Virus record (IMG/VR): IMGVR_UViG_3300045988_062990
Reading direction: 5' to 3' (one strand)
Source: a virus
DNA length: 44,559 nucleotides
This document shows positions 44,171 through 44,559 of the stretch, one piece after another. Position 1 is the first letter of the stretch. The number at the start of each line of letters is the position of its first letter. The notes beneath the pieces are model-generated. The model searched no databases. It was given only the letters and a program-made list of their open reading frames with translations, and had not been told where the DNA came from. A program made the translations under genes and the position numbers.

Positions 44171-44559
44171 ATGAAAAGAATTGGTTTCCTATACGAACAG
44201 ATAGTTTCGGAAGAAAATTGCAGACTGGCTATCATCAATGCCGCAAAACATAAGAAGAAACGCAAGAATGTTATGAAAGTAATAAACAATCTTGACTTTT
44301 ATGCGAAAGACTTGTCTGAGCGGTTGGTTCGTTTAGATTTCACCTCTCCGTATCGGACTCGTATCATAAAGGACGGTCTGTCGGGCAAGGAGCGGGAGTT
44401 GCAGATTCCGGCATTCTATCCCGACCAGTGCGCTCACCATGCAATCGTGCAGGTGCTACAACCGCTTATTATGAAATCCTCTTACCATTGGAGCTGTGCG
44501 AATATCCCCAACAGGGGTATCGACCGCGCCGCCAAGGGAGTGGAACGAGCGACCGTAAG
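44171..44559 (+). CDS. DGR reverse transcriptase, N-terminal part (continues at position 96 of the window)
   Basis: MKRIGFLYEQIVSEENCRLAIINAAKHKKKR... The frame joins ORF 7..867 through the 95-bp overlap (44471 is equivalent to 7, and 300 nt separate it from the ATG). Confidence 0.9.
   Translation, partial: MKRIGFLYEQIVSEENCRLAIINAAKHKKKRKNVMKVINNLDFYAKDLSERLVRLDFTSPYRTRIIKDGLSGKERELQIPAFYPDQCAHHAIVQVLQPLIMKSSYHWSCANIPNRGIDRAAKGVERATV
44465..44559. repeat. Terminal overlap, identical to 1-95
   Basis: Direct comparison. Confidence 0.95.

Noticed and set aside
42766-44289. A 507-aa ORF on the - strand spanning the DGR target 3' end, the TR and the RT start.
   Set aside because: It is antisense to well-supported + strand features (target protein, TR, RT), has no RBS, and its sequence is Arg/Thr-rich and not protein-like.

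Overview
The window is one complete, circularly closed phage genome. Bases 1-95 are identical to 44465-44559, so the unit length is 44,464 bp. It looks like a temperate siphovirus-type phage of a Firmicutes/Clostridia-like host. That host call is an inference from the strong AGGAGG ribosome-binding sites, the LL-H holin and the large serine integrase.

Gene order:
- DGR reverse transcriptase, split by the contig junction.
- Lysis module: amidase endolysin and holins.
- A 109-bp palindromic site, then a large serine recombinase (- strand).
- XRE repressor (- strand) and a Cro-like gene.
- A long + strand early/replication operon: SLT transglycosylase, resolvase-like nuclease, SF2 helicase, family-B DNA polymerase fused in frame to an ERF annealase, YqaJ exonuclease, DUF669 SSB-like protein, dNTP-pyrophosphohydrolase-like and HD proteins, prim-pol, MazF-like toxin, and a D5/P4 primase-helicase.
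- Iterons and a second palindromic site.
- terS.
- A 3.7-kb accessory island carrying a small serine recombinase.
- terL, portal, scaffold, capsid, head-tail proteins, tail tube, G/GT chaperones, tape measure and distal tail proteins.
- A tail-fibre protein whose C-terminus is the variable region of a diversity-generating retroelement (DGR).

Main finding: a complete but minimal DGR.
- VR is 43730-43849 and TR is 43938-44057.
- There are 25 mismatches, and every one sits at a TR adenine.
- A hairpin follows the VR, and the RT gene follows the TR.
- No recognisable avd gene is present.

Other observations:
- Two about 110-bp palindromic sites in inverted orientation bracket the 18-kb early module, one of them next to the serine integrase.
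- The accessory island between terS and terL is driven by a near copy of the early promoter.
- CGACTNT heptamer arrays flank terS.
- Two terminator hairpins in front of late genes share a 14-mer.
- The MazF-like gene ends in a G10 tract that hides a 36-codon extension.
- PolB and ERF are fused in frame.
- The integrase has no canonical start codon upstream of its catalytic serine.

I found no tRNA, rRNA or CRISPR array. All product calls come from motif recognition by eye and were not confirmed by any search.
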